64,000 bases of DNA from Rebecca billardiae RCC1528 (GCA_965240325.2 OZ251244.1:1-64000); one strand, 5' to 3'. Positions 45,213 to 58,775 are shown, counted from the stretch's first letter. Notes: a model not told the origin generated them from the sequence alone. Made by a program: numbers and translations.

Positions 45213-46831
45213 TCACGTGGCGCTGCCGCCCTCGCTGGCCCGCGGCAGCGCGGCGGGCGCGAGGCCCGCACTGTTGGCCTTGACGGCCATCGGCGCCATG
45301 GGCTCGGCGGCGGCACCGACGTCCGCGTCGGACGGCCCCGCACCGTCGGCTGTCGGCCACGGCGCGCGCGCTGCCCCCGCCTGGGCGATCGCGCGGATCG
45401 TCGCCGGCGGCGGGGGCCACGCGTCGGCGGCGAGGCAGCCGGGGCGATGCGGCGCGGGGCCGAGCGGGGCGGACGGCGAGTGCGCGCGCTCGGCCGCCAT
45501 CTGCGCGACGGCGTGCAGCGGCGGCCGCGCGCCCGCGCACACGCCCGCGACTGCCACGTCCACGTCATCCGCGGACGCCTCTGCGGGCGCGGCGTCCGCG
45601 TCCGCGTCCGCGTCCGCGTCCAAGTCCGCGTCCGCGCCCGCGGGCGCGGGCGCGGCGTCCGCCACCTCCGCCTCCACCTCCGCCTCCGCCTCCGCCTCCG
45701 CCTCCGCCTCCGCCTCCGCCTCCGCCTCCGCCTCCGCCTCCGCCTCCGCCTCCGCCTCCGCCTCCGCCTCCGCCTCCGCCTCCGCCTCCGCCTCCGCCTC
45801 CGCCTCCGCGGGCGTGGCGTCCGCCGCCGCCGCCTGCGCGAGCGCCGCGTCGGCGGGTGCGTCGGTGGGCGAGCCGGCCACGCCGGCCGCCGGCGACGCG
45901 GCGGGCGCGCCGTGCGCGTCCGCGCCGCGCTCGGCGGCAGGCGGCTCGGCGGCGGCGCGCGGCGACGCGGCGGCGGACGCGCGCGCGGCCGTGGGGCTGC
46001 GCGGGCTGCGCGCGCCACGCGCCAGCCTGCCGCCCGCGTGGCGCGCGGCGGATGCGCGCGCGCGCGCCGCCCTCCGCGCCGCCTCGCGCTGCGCGGCCTC
46101 CGCCGCGTCGGCGTGCGCGAGCGCGGCGCGCGCCACGTCAAACTCGGCGGCGGTGGGCGCGCGCGGCGCGGGCGTCGGCAGCGCGCCGCCGCCTCCCAGC
46201 TGCGCACGGGCGCGCGCGCACGGCGCGGGGCGCGGTCGCGGCTGAGCGGCGCGGCGCGGCGCGGCGCGGCGCGTTGCGCGCGCGCGTTGCGTGCGCGTGC
46301 CTGCAGCGTGGCCTGCATGAGCTGGCTCCCCTCGAAGTGCCCCACGCCCCAGTGGTAGCGCGAGGGCGGCAGCGCGCCGCGCGGAGCGAGGCCGAACCCG
46401 TGCCTGCGCGCGCACACGCGCGCGCACGCGCACACGTGCACAGGGCGCGGGGCGGGGAGCGGCGGTGGGCGGCGTGTGCGCGCAGCAGCAGCGCAGCACG
46501 GCGCGGCGCTGCGCCGGCCCTCCGCGCCCGCGCCGCGCGCGCACCGCTCGAAGAAGCGCGTGGCGTTGTTGTCCGCGTACGTGAGCACGTGCAGGCAGCC
46601 GAGCGAGCGGCAGTGGCGCAGCGCCGCGCGCATCAGCACGCTGCCCTTGCCGCGGCGCTGCTCGTCCACGCGCAGCGCGCAGAAGGCCATCTCGGCGAAG
46701 CAGCGCGCCACGGCGGGCTTGAGCACGATCACGCCGAGCACGCGGCGCAGCGTGACGTGGCAGCCGCAGCCGGGCCGCGTGCACGCGTCCGCGCCGCCGC
46801 AGCCGCCGCACTCGGCGCCGCCGCCCTCCGG

Positions 46832-46874
<43 letters not shown>

Positions 46875-47989
46875 TCGGCCGCGCCCGGCGCGGCCGCCAC
46901 GCCCGCCGCGCCCGCGGGCACCCGCTTGGTCCGGACGAGCAGCACGCTCTGGTGGTCCGGCGAGAAGATGGTGTTGGCGGCGTGCGCGCGCGTCATGAGG
47001 GGCAGCGCTGCCGCCACCACGTCCACGGCCTGCGCCATCAGACCCACGTCCTGCTGCGCCGTGCAGAGGCTGCCGAGCACGAGCACGCGCTCGGAGCCGC
47101 CCGCCGTCGCGGCCGCCACCGCCGCCTCGTCGCGGATCTCCTGCGCGACGCGCACGCCCGTCGCGACGCACACGCCGCAGCGCCACGCGCCCTCCGGCAC
47201 GGTCTCGAGCGGCGGGTGTGCGCAGCGCTGGTGGTACGCGCGCCCGCAGCCCTCGCCGTCGCACAGCAGGATCTCGTCGCACGCGCGCGCGTCGCCGCCG
47301 CCTGCGCGCGCGCGCGCGCGCGCGCGCGGGTGCGGGTGCGCGCGCCGTGAGCGCGACGGCGGGCGGTCGCGTGGCGCGCGCGCGCGCGTGCGCGTGCGGC
47401 GCTGGCTGGCTCACCGCACGTGGCGCAGAGCGGGTCGTGCGCATTGTGCACCACCGCCGCGGCCTCGGAGGCGGCCATGCTGCCGCCCTCCGCCTCGAGC
47501 GCGGCGAGCGAGGTGGCCGGGTCCTCGTACAGCACGATCGACGAGTACGGCCGGTTCAGCTTCGAGCCCGCCGCGCTCGCGAACTGCGAGGGCGAGAGCA
47601 GTCGCTGGCGCGAGAGCTCGAGCACGCTGCCGTCCGCCTGGTACACGCCGCGCACGCACGGCGGCATGGGCGGCGCGGGCGCGGCGGGCGCGGGCGCGGC
47701 GGCGGCGGCGGGCGCGCCGCCGGCCGCCGCCGCGTCCTTGGAGAGCTTGGCGGCGCGCTCGGCCGCGAGCTCCGCCGCCACCGCCGCCTTGAGCGCGCGC
47801 AGCGTGTGCGCGGACACTGACGGCAGGCCGAGCACGCGCCGCCCGACCGCGCGCGTGATCACGCGGTCGGCCAGGGGCGGGCGCGCGGCGCGGCGCACGC
47901 CGTCGGCGGCGGCGCACGGCGGCGCGGGCGGCGCGGGCGCGGGCGCGTCGGCGCACGGCGCGGGCGCGCCCGCCGCCGCCGCCGCCGAC

Positions 47990-48026
<37 letters not shown>

Positions 48027-49316
48027 GCCCTCCGCGCGCGCGCTGCCGCTCGAGCAGCTGCTGCAGCGCGCACGCCGCGCGCCGCGCCGCCTCGCGCGCG
48101 TCCGCCGAGCGCAGCAGCGCGGGCGCGCGCGGCTGCCACGGCATCGCGCCCGCCTCGTGCGCGGCCCAGCCGGGCGGCACGGGCGGCACGTTGGGCGCGC
48201 CCAGCGCCTCGAGCAGCGCCAGCCGCACCTCGGCGGGCAGCAGCTCGAGCGCGCGCTCGGGCAGGCACGCGGGCAGCGCGGCGCGCACGGCGCGCGCGCT
48301 CGGCCGCACCGCCGCGCCGCCGCCGCCCGGCGCGGCCTCGTCGGCGCGCGGCGCCCAGACGCGCGCGGCGGGGCAGAGCCGCGCGAGCACGCCGCGCGTC
48401 GCGCGCGCGTACGCGCCGCGCACGGCGTCGAGCTCGGCGCGCGACTCGGCCGCCGGCTCGGCGGCGGGCGCGCCGCCGCCGGGCGCGGCGGCGGGCGCGC
48501 ACGCGGGCGCGCACGCGGGCGCCGCCGCCGCCGCCGCCTCCGGCGTGTGCGCCGGCTCGGGCTTGGGCTCGGCGCGCGCGTCGGCGGCGGCGTCGGCGGC
48601 GCCCGCCTCCGCGCCGGCGGCGCGCCTCGCGTGCGCCGGCGCGGCGGGCAGCACGTACCGCGCCCACAGCGCGGCCCACTCCTGCGCCAGCGCGCCCGCG
48701 TCCGCGACGATGGCGGAGCGCGGCTGGTTGAACTGCCGGCAGTTGGCCCAGAGCAGAGCGACGTCCTCGGCGAGGGCGAGCGCGCCGCCCCAGCCGCCGT
48801 CCGGCGCCCACTCGGCCGCCTCGAGCGCCTCGAGCGCGCCGCCCTCTGCGCGCAGGAACGGGTACCCGCCGCGCAGCAGCTTGGCGCAGATCGCGCTGAG
48901 GTCGATGGGCGTGCGCACGCACGCGGCGTAGGCCGGGTACGCGCGCTGGTCCACCGGCTGCAGGAAGGGGCCGGCGCGCACGTCCGCGGCGAGGGCGCCG
49001 AGCGCGCACACGCAGCGGTCGCGCAGGCCCGCGCTGAACGGGCGGCGGCTCGCGCGCGCCGCCGCGCGCGCGCGCCCCTCCGCGCCGCCGCCGCCACTCG
49101 CGCCGCCCTCGCCGCCGCGCCGCCAGCGCGCGGGCAGCCTCCGCCCGAGCGCGAGCTCTCGGAACGAGCCGCCGCCGCCGCCGCCGCCGCGCACGCGCCG
49201 CGCGCGCCCGGCCGCGGGCTCGTCGGCCGAGTCGGAGTCGTCGCTGTCGTGCGCGTGCGCGGGCAGCCGCAGCACCACCGCGCGGCGCGAGCGGCGGCAG
49301 GCGAGGCTGTCGCCAG

Positions 49317-49347
<31 letters not shown>

Positions 49348-51381
49348 GCGGCCGCTCGGGCGGCGCTCGCGCGCGCCGCGCCGCGGGCGCGCGGCGGTGC
49401 CGCCCTTCAGCTTGGCGGTGGGCGCGGCCTCGGCCTCCGCCTCCTCCTCCGAGTCCGAGTCGGCGCTGCCGCGCTCCGACGGCGGCGTGAAGGCCGACTC
49501 GTCCTCGTCCTCGCTGCCGTCGCCGCCCCGCCCGCCGCCCTCCGCCGCAGAGCCGGCGCGGCTGTCAGCGCCCGACTCGCTGCCAGCGCCGCCGCTGCTG
49601 CTGCTGCCGCGCCCCTGGGCGCGGCGGCGGCGGCGGCGCGGCGCCGAGTGCAGGACATCCGCGTCGCCCTCGTCCTCGTCCTCGTCCTCCTCCTCCTCCT
49701 CCTCCTCCTCGTCCTCGCTGCTGCTGCTGCCGCTGCTGCTGCTGCTGCTCATCGCGACGCGCCGCGCCGGCCGGCGCGCGCGCGCCGCCGCGATGCGCTC
49801 GCTGCCGCCGCCGAGCCGCGCGCGCTTGGGGGAGGGGGGCTTGCGCGAGGCGCCGGCACGCGCGCGCGCGGCGGCGCGCGAGCGGGGCGCGGCCGCAGCG
49901 CCGCGCGCCGCGCCGCCCTCCTCCTCCTCGCCCTGCTGCGCGGCGTGCGCGCGGCGTGCGTGCGTGGGCGCGCGGCCATGCGCGCCCGCGCGCGCGGCCG
50001 CGCCGGGCGTGTGCGTGCGCGTGCGCGTGGGCGTGGGCGGCTCGTCCGCGGGCACCGGCTCGAGTGGCGGGAGCGAGGGCGCGCCGAGCGGCGGCGGGAT
50101 GCGCGGCGGCGGCGAGGCCGGCCCCTCGCGCGGCCTCAGCCCGAGCAGCGCGCGCAGCCGCGCCTCGAGCCCGGCGTGCGCCCCGCCCTCCGCCAGCGCC
50201 CGCGCCGCCTCCGCGCTCTGCAGCAGCGCGCACGCGTCCAGCACCGCCTCCGAGAGGCAGGGCAGCGGAGGCAGCGGAGGCAGCGGAGGGGCGGCGGCCG
50301 GGGCGGGCGCGGCGGGCGGCGCGGCGGCATCCTCGGACGCCGGGGCCGCGTCCGCGGCGAGCAGCTCCGCGCCGTGGCCCTCGCCCGGCACGGCGTCCGC
50401 GTCCACGTCCGCGCCGCCGCCCCCGCGCCACGCGTGCACGGCGTCGGGCCTGAGCCGCCCTTTCCAGAAAAGGGGCCGGTGCCGCTCGCAGCAGTAGTAG
50501 TGCTCGAGCTCAGGGCAGCCGCGGTACAGAGGACACAGCGGGCCCGCCGGCGGCGGCGCGTGCCCCTGCTGCGCCTGCCAGCGCGGCGGCGGCTGCTGCG
50601 CGCCCGCCAGCTCGGCGGGCGCGGCGGCGGGTGTGCGCGGTGCTGCAGGTGCGCGCGGGGCCGCCTTTGGCTTGGCGCGCGAGCGCGCGCAGCCCGGCGC
50701 GCGCGGCAGCTTGCATTGGCCCACGTGCCGGTCCGGCCGCGTGCAGCCCGCGTGCTTCGCGCACTGGATCGGCTCGCGCTGGCAGTCCGGCACGCTGCGG
50801 CCAGGCGGCATGCTGCGGCCGGACGGGTGCGCGCCCGGCGGCCGCTTGCGCGAGACGGCGGTGGAGGGTGCGGTGGGGAGTGCGGTGGGGAGTGCGGTGG
50901 AGACGGTGCGCGCGAGCGCCTGGGCGAGCTCGGCGGGCGCAAAGGGCTCGGCCACCGGGCCCGACGCCAGCGCCGCCGGGCCCGCCGCCAGCGCCGCGGG
51001 CGGCCGCACCGGCTGCTCCCCCGCGTCGAAGTGCTCCGCGCCGCCGTGCTCGCAGCCGAGCGCGAGCACCAGCCCGGGCGTGCCGCCGCCCTCGTCCTTG
51101 CCGTCGCTCGCGCCGCTGGGCGTGCGCTCGCTCGACGGGCCCGCGGCCGCGTGCGCGCGCGGCGCCCCGCCCGCGCCGGGCGGCGGCGCGCCCGCCGGCC
51201 CGTCCTCGCACAGCTCGAGCCGCTGCCGCTTGGCCGCGGCGCCGTCGGCCGGCTGCGGCAGCTTGCCGGCTGCGCCGAGCTCGAGCTCCGGGAGGTCGCG
51301 CTGCGCGAGGAAGAGCTTGCGCAGCTCGGCGCGGCGCGTGGCGCGCTCGGCGGGCGTGGGCGGCGACGTGCCGTGCGGCAT
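45213..51381 (-). CDS. Chromatin protein: bromodomain + SAND/TDBD-like + PHD finger + GCN5-type acetyltransferase; introns 47302-47414, 46404-46544, 46200-46300 (GC-AG)
   Basis: PFLQPVD..YPAY..VRTPIDL..NCRQFN (bromo); LSPSQF..AG..RPYSSI; CxxC..LLCD..C..YHQRC..PPL..VPEGAWRCxxC (PHD); FAEMAFCA..EQRRGKGS.LM..LTYADNNA..FF..GF (GCN5). Confidence 0.88.
45661..45808. repeat. (GCCTCC)n hexamer encoding an (AE)n tract in the acetyltransferase C-terminus
   Basis: About 24 near-perfect units. Confidence 0.9.
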
Positions 51382-51924
51382 GGCGCGGTCCGAGCGCCGC
51401 TGCGAGACGCGGCGCGACGGCGTGCGCGCGCGCCCCCCCGGCAGCGTGCGCCCGTCGGCGCTTTGTGCTTACGCTGCCTCGCGTCTGCTCGCCCGCCCAC
51501 TGCCCAGTGGCCGCGCGCACGCGCGCTCACGCCCTTGGACCGTGACCGCCGCCCCTTGCGCCCCCCGCGCCGGCCAGTGAAAACAGAGCGGGCGCCCCCG
51601 AGATGCGATCTGCGCATCATTTCGGGCGGAAAACGGCGCCTTCTGATTGGGCCGCGCCAGCATGCACGAGCGCACTCGAATCGCCATCATGCAGTTTTCC
51701 CCTTGAGGCGGCGCAAATTGCGCCAGCCCGCCTAGTCAGCAGCTGCGCTGAATCAAGCATCGATACATCCTCATCAGGGCCACCGCGCTAAAGTTTAGGG
51801 CTAAAGTTTACCGCTCAACGGGTCGGTGGGTACCCGGGGCCGCCGGCAACCCGAGACGTGCAAAAATGGCGCCGCTCTCTGCTGGTCATCTGCCCGAGGC
51901 TAACAAGGTGGGCGCGCGCCGCCC

Positions 51925-53845
51925 TCACACGTAGCCCTCGCCCTGCAGCTTGGCCATCGGATCCTCCGTGCGGCGCTTCGCCAGGTAGTACGCCTCCATG
52001 TCCTCCGCCGTCGTCTCGTCCGCCGCCATCGAGTTGTACGCGCGCTTGCGCTCGCCGCCGCCGCCGTCGGCCGCGTGCCGCTGCCGCTCGCGCTCGAGCG
52101 CGGCGGCGAGCTTGGACGAGTCGAGCTCCTGCTCGGCGAGGGCCTCGCCGATGCCGAAGAGCGTCTTGATCGGCACCGACGCGCTCCCGTTCGCCGCGCC
52201 GTTCGCCGCGCCGCTCGGCGCCGCGTCGGCGCCGCCGCCGCCCGCCGCGGGCGGCGCCCCGCCCGCGGCGAGCGTGGCCTCCGCGAGCTCGCGCGCGCGC
52301 CTGCCCGCCGCGCCGGTGGAGTACGAGTTGCGCTGCGTGGAGTGGTCGTCAGCGTAGCCCCAGCGCAGCGTGCGCCGGTCGAAGAAGGAGCCCCACACCG
52401 CCGTGTGGTTGTGCGCGAGCACGTCCTCCTCGTACCGCGAGCGCACGGGCGCGCGCGGGCCGAGCGCGCCGCCGTCCTTAGCGCGCACGCGCCCCGCGCG
52501 GTCGTACTCCACGTACGCCTCGGACTGCGCGAGGAGGAGGCGCGCGTCGGGGGCGTGCAGGTGCTCCTGCCCGCCGTACTTGCTCAGCACCGAGTTCGCC
52601 TTGCTCTCCTGCCGAGGGCGGGGGGGGGGGGGGGGGGCGGGCACGCGAGGGCGCCGACGGGCGGGGCGGGGCGAGGCGTGAGCGGGCGGCGCGGCGCGCG
52701 CGCACCGCCGCCGCCGCTCGCGCGCGCTCGCGCGCGCGCTCGGCCGCTGCTGCCGCTGCGGCGCACGGCGCGGGGCGGCGGCGCACCTGCAGCTTCTCCT
52801 TCTTCTCGCGGTACAGCCGGTTCATCAGCTCCACCTGCGTCGGCTCCGCGTTCAGGTGTATCTCCTGCCCGCGCGCGTTCGCCTCGCGCGCGTAGGTCTC
52901 GATCTGCTGCAGGGTGGTCGAGTCGCCGCCCATCCGCACGAAGTTGTCGCCCGCGAACGCGCCGCCCGCGCCGTCGCCCTCGTCGCCGGGCTCGCGGTCG
53001 GGGCGCGGGTTCTGCCGCATCGAGCGCGTCTTCGGGTCGTAGTACGCGCTGTTCACGTCGAGGTTGAGCAGGTACTTGGCCGTGTCCTCGCGGATGCGCA
53101 GGTTGCGCACCGTCATGCGCAGCGCGCCCGGACGGGTGCCGCCGCCCTCGCGCGCGGCGACGACCGCGTCCTCCTCGCGCATGCGCACGCCGTCGCCCTC
53201 GTCCGACGCGCCGCCGCCCGCGCCGCCGCCGCCGCCCTCCGCCCCCGCCGGCGCGCCCTCCGCGCCGCCGTCCGGCATGGCCTTGGCCTGCGCGTCGAGC
53301 GCGCTCAGCCGCTGCGTGTGCAGGTGCTGCGCGCGCGCCGCCTCCTCGAGCTCAAAGCGCGTGCGCACGACGGCCTCGTGCTGCGACGGGTCGTACCCGG
53401 CGAAGCGGTCGCGCTTGCCCTCGTACGACAGGTTCGGCGCGTCGGCGAGGTACTCGTCCGGCTTGATGTCGCGCCCCGTCAGCCGCGCGCCGCGCGCGCG
53501 CGGCCGGTCGACGCAGTCCTTGGCGCCGTGCGTCATCGCGCCGCAGTTGGGGCACGCGCCCTTGCGGTACTTGGTGGCCGCGTCCTTCTTGGTGCCGCGG
53601 ACGTACCACGCGTCGATCCCCGCCGTCTCCTCCTTCTGCTTCGAGTTGCGCTGATGCTTGAGCCCGGGCGCGCCCTGGTTGAGGTACCACGGCGCCTTGG
53701 CCATGAACTCGGGGATGTGCGGGTTGATCTCGCGGCCCTCCTCATCGCGCTCGGCGGGGAGCGTGCCCGCCTTGCGCGCCTCCTCGAGCTCGCGCGCCTT
53801 CTTGTGGTCCGTGCGCGAGAGGAACTGCCCCGTCGACGACGCCAT
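51925..53845 (-). CDS. SLU7: Pre-mRNA splicing factor SLU7, 2 exons (intron 52609-52786)
   Basis: LEEARKAG..INPHIP..APWY, zinc knuckle RKGACPNCGAMTH..KDC, VRNLRIREDTAKYL.NL..SAYYDPKTRSMR, NHTAVWGS. Confidence 0.97.
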
Positions 53846-54105
53846 GGCGGCCGAGCGCGGGGCGGATGACCCCTGTCTCGACCGGAGCCCCGCGCGCGTG
53901 CAAGCCGCCTTCCACCAAGGGAGTTCACCCACCCGGCTAGGTCTTGGCGGGTCTCGTCAAAAGCGCCGCCATCGTGGGCCGTTTCCGCGGCAGCTTGAGA
54001 CGAACGACATCACAGCGGGAGGCAGCGCAACCTCTCGCCCTCTTCGCGCGCGCGCGGCAGCAGCAGCAGCACAGCCAGCCGGGGCGGGCGCGGTCGCCCG
54101 CGCCG

Positions 54106-54641
54106 ATGGAGGGGTATGGGGCAGGCGGCATCGCGCTGCGCCAGGCCGTGCGCATGAGCGACCTCGGCGCCATCCGCAAGGTGTGCAAGGAGGCGGCGGA
54201 CAGCAAGGACGCGGGCGCGCTGCTCGAGAAGGGCGACACCTTCCGCGCGTGGACGCCGCTGCACATCGCCGCGTGGGGCAACGTGAAGGACCCGAAGAAG
54301 TGCAAGTGCGCGCGCATGCCCCGCCCGCCGCCGCGCGCGCCGCGCCCCGCCCGCCCTGCGCCCACGCCCCGCGCCCCCCGCGCGCGCGCTCGCGCGGCCG
54401 CCCGTGTGCGGTGTGTCTCAGGGACGTCATCGAGCTGCTGCTGCAGACGGCGAAGAAGCTGGACAAGGAGAAGGAGCTGCTCAAGGTGGAGGCGTCGGAC
54501 AAGGCGACGGCGCTCGACCTGGCCAAGGAGCGCAAGGAGCAGCTGATGCAGCAGCGCACCGACGAGCCGGACGCGATCGAGAGCCGGAAGAACCTCGAGA
54601 AGGTGATCGAGTGGCTCGACCAGGGGCTGCCGCCGGAGTGA
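54106..54641 (+). CDS. Small ankyrin-repeat protein, 2 exons (intron 54306-54421)
   Basis: WTPLHIAAWG..DVIELLL..TALDLA; the splice restores the frame. Confidence 0.8.
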
Positions 54642-55048
54642 GCGCGCCCTCGCACCCTCGGCGCACGCCTGGGCGCAGCGGCGCGCTGGGGGGGAGGGGG
54701 TTGGCGCGCCGCCTGGCCGCACGGAGAGCGTCGGTCAGCAGCTCAGTCGCCGGTGCGACCGCACGCGCAAGGCGCGCGCGGCGCCGTGCTCGCATTGACA
54801 CTCTCGTCTCTCGAGTAAACCGCTGCGCGAAACTTTTCAGATTCTCCGAAAGCGGCTTTTTAGAAAGCCATTCATCTCAAGAGTCGGTTACGGCCCGCGT
54901 TTCCTATTGCGAGGCCCCCACGAACCAATCGTTGCGCAGCAGCAACAGCGAGTCCGACGGCGCCCCTGGCGCGGCGGCCCCCCGCCGAGCCGGCTCTCGA
55001 GGCCGCGCACGGACTGCCCGGCCGGACGCGGCGCGTCCGGCCGCCACC

Positions 55049-56542
55049 ATGCCGCTCGACGCGAAGGGCGTGTCCATCTCGCCGCTCAAGGGCGCGCTCG
55101 CAGACGCGTCCGCGGCCGCGCTGCAGCTCGAGGTGCTGGCGCGCGACGACGTGCTGCGCGGCGCGTTCGCGCGGCACCGCACGAACAAGGGCGGGATACT
55201 GCTCGAGAAGGTGCGCGAGGAGCGTCTCGCCGCGCCCCACCCCTCGGCGTGCGCGCGCTGCGCGCCAGCCGCGCGCGCGCGTGCCCACCCGCCCGCCCGC
55301 TCGCGCGCCGCCGCGCCCCGCGCCGCCGCGCGCGCCGCGCGCCGCGCGCGCCGCAGGAGATGGAGGCGATGCTGGTCGCGATGGCCGCGTCGGGCGCGCA
55401 CAGCTACGGCACGACGGCCGCGCAGGTGAAGGAGTTCCTCTGGGCCGAGATGAACATGCTCGGCGACGACTCGGACGAGGAGGAGGAGGAGGAGGAGGAG
55501 GGGGGCGAGGGCGAGGGCGGGGGCGGGGCGGCCGCGGGCGCGGCCGCGGCCAAGCCGCAGCACAGCGCCGAGCTCGCGGCGGCGATTGAGGAGGCGCAGA
55601 CGTACACGAAGCTGGTCGAGGTGTACAACCGCATGGTAGACAACCAGATCACGCTCGCGCGGCTGAAGAGTGCGCGCGCGCGCCACCGCAGCGCGCGGCG
55701 CGCGAGGGCGCGCGCGCGCGCGCTCGGCTGCGCGGCTCACGCGCCGCCGCGCGCGCCGCCGGGCGCAGGCAAGCTGGCGGCGCGGTCGGGCGAGGGCGGC
55801 AACGTGCGCAAGGCGCGCACGTCGCGTGCCTTCCAGGGGGAGATCGGCGCGGACGGCACCGTGGGCGACACGGGCGAGATCGCCGGGTGCGCGCGCGCGT
55901 GCGCCGCTCGCCGGCGCCGCGCGCTGGCGCAGCGCGGCCGCGCACGCGCGCAGCCGAGCGCGAGCGCACGCGCGCGCGCGCTCGCTCACCTGCGGAGCGC
56001 CCCGGCGGCACGCCCCCGGGCGCAGGTACGACTCGGAGGAGGAGGCGGTGGCCAAGGCGCTGGGCATCAGCAAGGACGCCATGCCCACCACCTCCGCCGA
56101 CTACAAAAAGCCCAAGGCGGAGGCGGGCTCAGAGAGCGCGCGCTCGGAGCCCGAGGAGACGGTGGTGCTGGCGCCGCTGCCCTCGCCCATCGTGGGGCGG
56201 GTGCCGCTGCCGGGCGCGCCGGTGACGACGCTGCACCCGCTGCCCACCTCGGATGGCCCGAAGCTCGCGCTGCCCACCTCGGGCCAGCCCGTGCAGCTCA
56301 ACACGCGCCCGCCGCCGCCCCTGCCGCCGCCCGCTCCGGCGGGCGCAGACGCGGACGCGCCCGAGGCGGACGCGCCGCCGCCGCCCGTGGAGACGGTGTC
56401 TGGCGCCTCGCACGAGGACTTCCGCCGGCGCAGGCTCACGATGCCCGAGCGCAAGGGGGAGGCCAAGCCCACGGCCGCCGGCGTGGTTGTGGTGAGCGGG
56501 GTCGAGGGGGAGGACGACGGGGACGAGGACGGCACAGAGTAG
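55049..56542 (+). CDS. Hypothetical protein, 4 exons (55049-55210, 55357-55669, 55769-55886, 56026-56542)
   Basis: Three GT-AG introns with consistent phases (0, 1, 2) join coding-like segments; GCCACCATG start context. Confidence 0.75.
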
Positions 56543-56976
56543 CGGCACAGAGTAGCGCAGACCGGGCCCAGGCCCAGGCCGAGGCGCGCGCTGCCGACGG
56601 AGCTGGCTGCCACACGCCCGCCACACGCCCGCCGTGCCCGGGGGCGGCCGACGGCTCGAGCCGGCCGATGGCGGGCACGGCATGCGCCCAGCCGTCGCAG
56701 AGTGCTCCATCTGCCAGTGACATCTGCTCGCCGACTGGCGCCAGCGCCAGCCAGTCCCCGTCCCGCGTGCGCCTCGACGCCGCCCCTTGGCAGCGCACGG
56801 AGCCTCCCACCGCCACTCAGACTCGTCAGTCACTCTGAGTGGCAGACAGTGCCGCTCGTCTCGGCCTCTGCCTCTCCTGCGGGCTTAACGCCACTGTGGC
56901 CAACGGTGAAGCAGAGGCGGAGCAAGACGACTGGCGCACGCGACTCGTGACGCGAGTCGGAGGCAGAGGCGACTGG

Positions 56977-58775
56977 TAGGGGGTCCAAGCCGCGGAATTA
57001 AAAATCGAAAATCGACTGACCGATTTCGCGGTGACCATTTCCGAACATTGTTGGCTCGAATTGCGGCAGCACGGGCCGCGGCCGTTCAGAGCACGGTCGA
57101 GCCCGAGATCGGGCGAGTAGCACGCCTGGGCGGTGGACTTCATCGTCGCGTCGGCGCGGCGGAGCGCGCTCTGGCGTCAGAGGCGCGCGGGCGGGCGAGT
57201 CAGGGTGGCCATCATGACAGCGGTCGACCAAATGATCGCTGGCAGCTCGCTCTCACCGGACATCTTGAACCTCACAGCCCCGCTCTGCGCGCCGTTCGAA
57301 CTCTCATCCGGATGAGCGCGGACAACGCAGCCCCGGTTTCAGGTGAAGCGTGCACGCTGCGCGCTGGTTTACACCTGGTTTAGCTTGTCCATGATGAGCA
57401 TGAATGACCCCCCGGCGCTCGGCCTGGTGCGTGCAGTGCTCACCTCCCCACGCGCTGCGCATGCACTCGCGCGATCGCTGGCCGCTCGTTCGCAAACGGG
57501 AGTGCGCGGCAGTCGTGGGTGGTAAGCAAGCTCGGCGACCCTGTGTACGTGCGGGGCCTGTCGTCCAGCTCACAGTAGTACCGCCAGAAGCTCCAGCCGG
57601 CACGCGTCGGCTTGTTTGTTGTGCCACTTGGCGTGCCGCTTGGCTGCATGCAGCAGCCGCGCTGCGCTGAGAGCGTGCACCTTGTCACGAACGTCAAGCT
57701 TGCTGCGGAGCAAACGCGCGCCGCCAAGCTCCGCTATGACCGCTGCCACATCTGCACACCGTGTCTTCGTCTCGGGAGTGCCTGCGCCACTGTTGGCGGC
57801 CGTCTTGGAGCAGCGCGCGGACTGCATGATGCTCGGGGCAGGAGTGCTGCTGGGCACGGCAGTGGAGGCAGAGAGCTCAACGCTCGCCACCGAGCAGCTC
57901 GCAGAGTCAGAGGTAAGCTGGAGCAGCCTCGACTGCAAGCGCTGTAGCCGCAGCAGAGGTGGACCGGCGGCGGCCTCGCGTGAGCTGGGGTACGACGAAC
58001 GGCGACGGTGCCGGTGACACCTGAGTACGGGCAAGGAAGCCGCCCGGCACATGGCGAGCTAGTCTGCGCACGCCAGCCTCGACGGCGGAGAGGACTCTCA
58101 TGCCGGGATGGTGGCGGCATGTTCAGTGGCGGAGTTGGCCGTGTGCCGCAGCACGTGCAGCCCGCCACCGGCATCAGGCCCGCGTTCGCGGGCCGGCACT
58201 CACTGATGTGCTGAGTCCAGTGGCATGAGCCGTCTCGGCGCCGCCGTACTCCGTATTCGGATGACCCAGCAAGTAGTGAGCAAGGTACCCATGTATAGGC
58301 ACTCATTTGAATACATATGGCAAAATTAACCACATTATATATATAGTGGGTAACATGGTGCTTATATGCGGGTATATTCCCATAATTAAATGGGTAATGT
58401 GCTCGATCTTGGAGTAGTTTTTCATGGACGTCTACGCGCACAGCATTGTGCCCCACTTTTTCGGTATTTTCACCATAAAATCCTTTGGATAGAGGGCAGC
58501 GCTTGTCAATAAGTAAGTCCGACCGCGTATCGTCATCTAGCTGCCATGACAAGTAGGTAACATTTGGCTGAATCTCTATGTGACACAGCGGGCGCCGTTG
58601 CGTGCGCGCGCGACCGCGCGACGACACGCGGAGTCGGTTTTTAGTGCTTCTGGCGGCTGGGCTGGGCTCTGGGACATATTTGAGGGTGACTCCGCAAGCG
58701 TCACGCTCATCAGACGCCTACATGGCATGGTTGTCAAATATCACCAATCGGTGGGCTGCTGGCTTGGACCCCCTA
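56977..58775. mobile_element. Non-autonomous or decayed hAT-type DNA transposon (1.8 kb)
   Basis: Perfect 15-bp TIR TAGGGGGTCCAAGCC (56977-56991 and 58761-58775); CGACTGG on both flanks; weak hATC-like remnants on the minus strand at ~57370-57610. Confidence 0.85.

Noticed and set aside
51789-51812. TTTAGGG inside a CTAAAGTTTA duplication (telo-box-like)
   Set aside because: Single occurrence, compatible with chance
57734-58627. 297-aa minus-strand ORF inside the hAT-type element
   Set aside because: Crosses AT-rich non-coding-like sequence, has no transposase motifs, and its homologous copy is frameshifted
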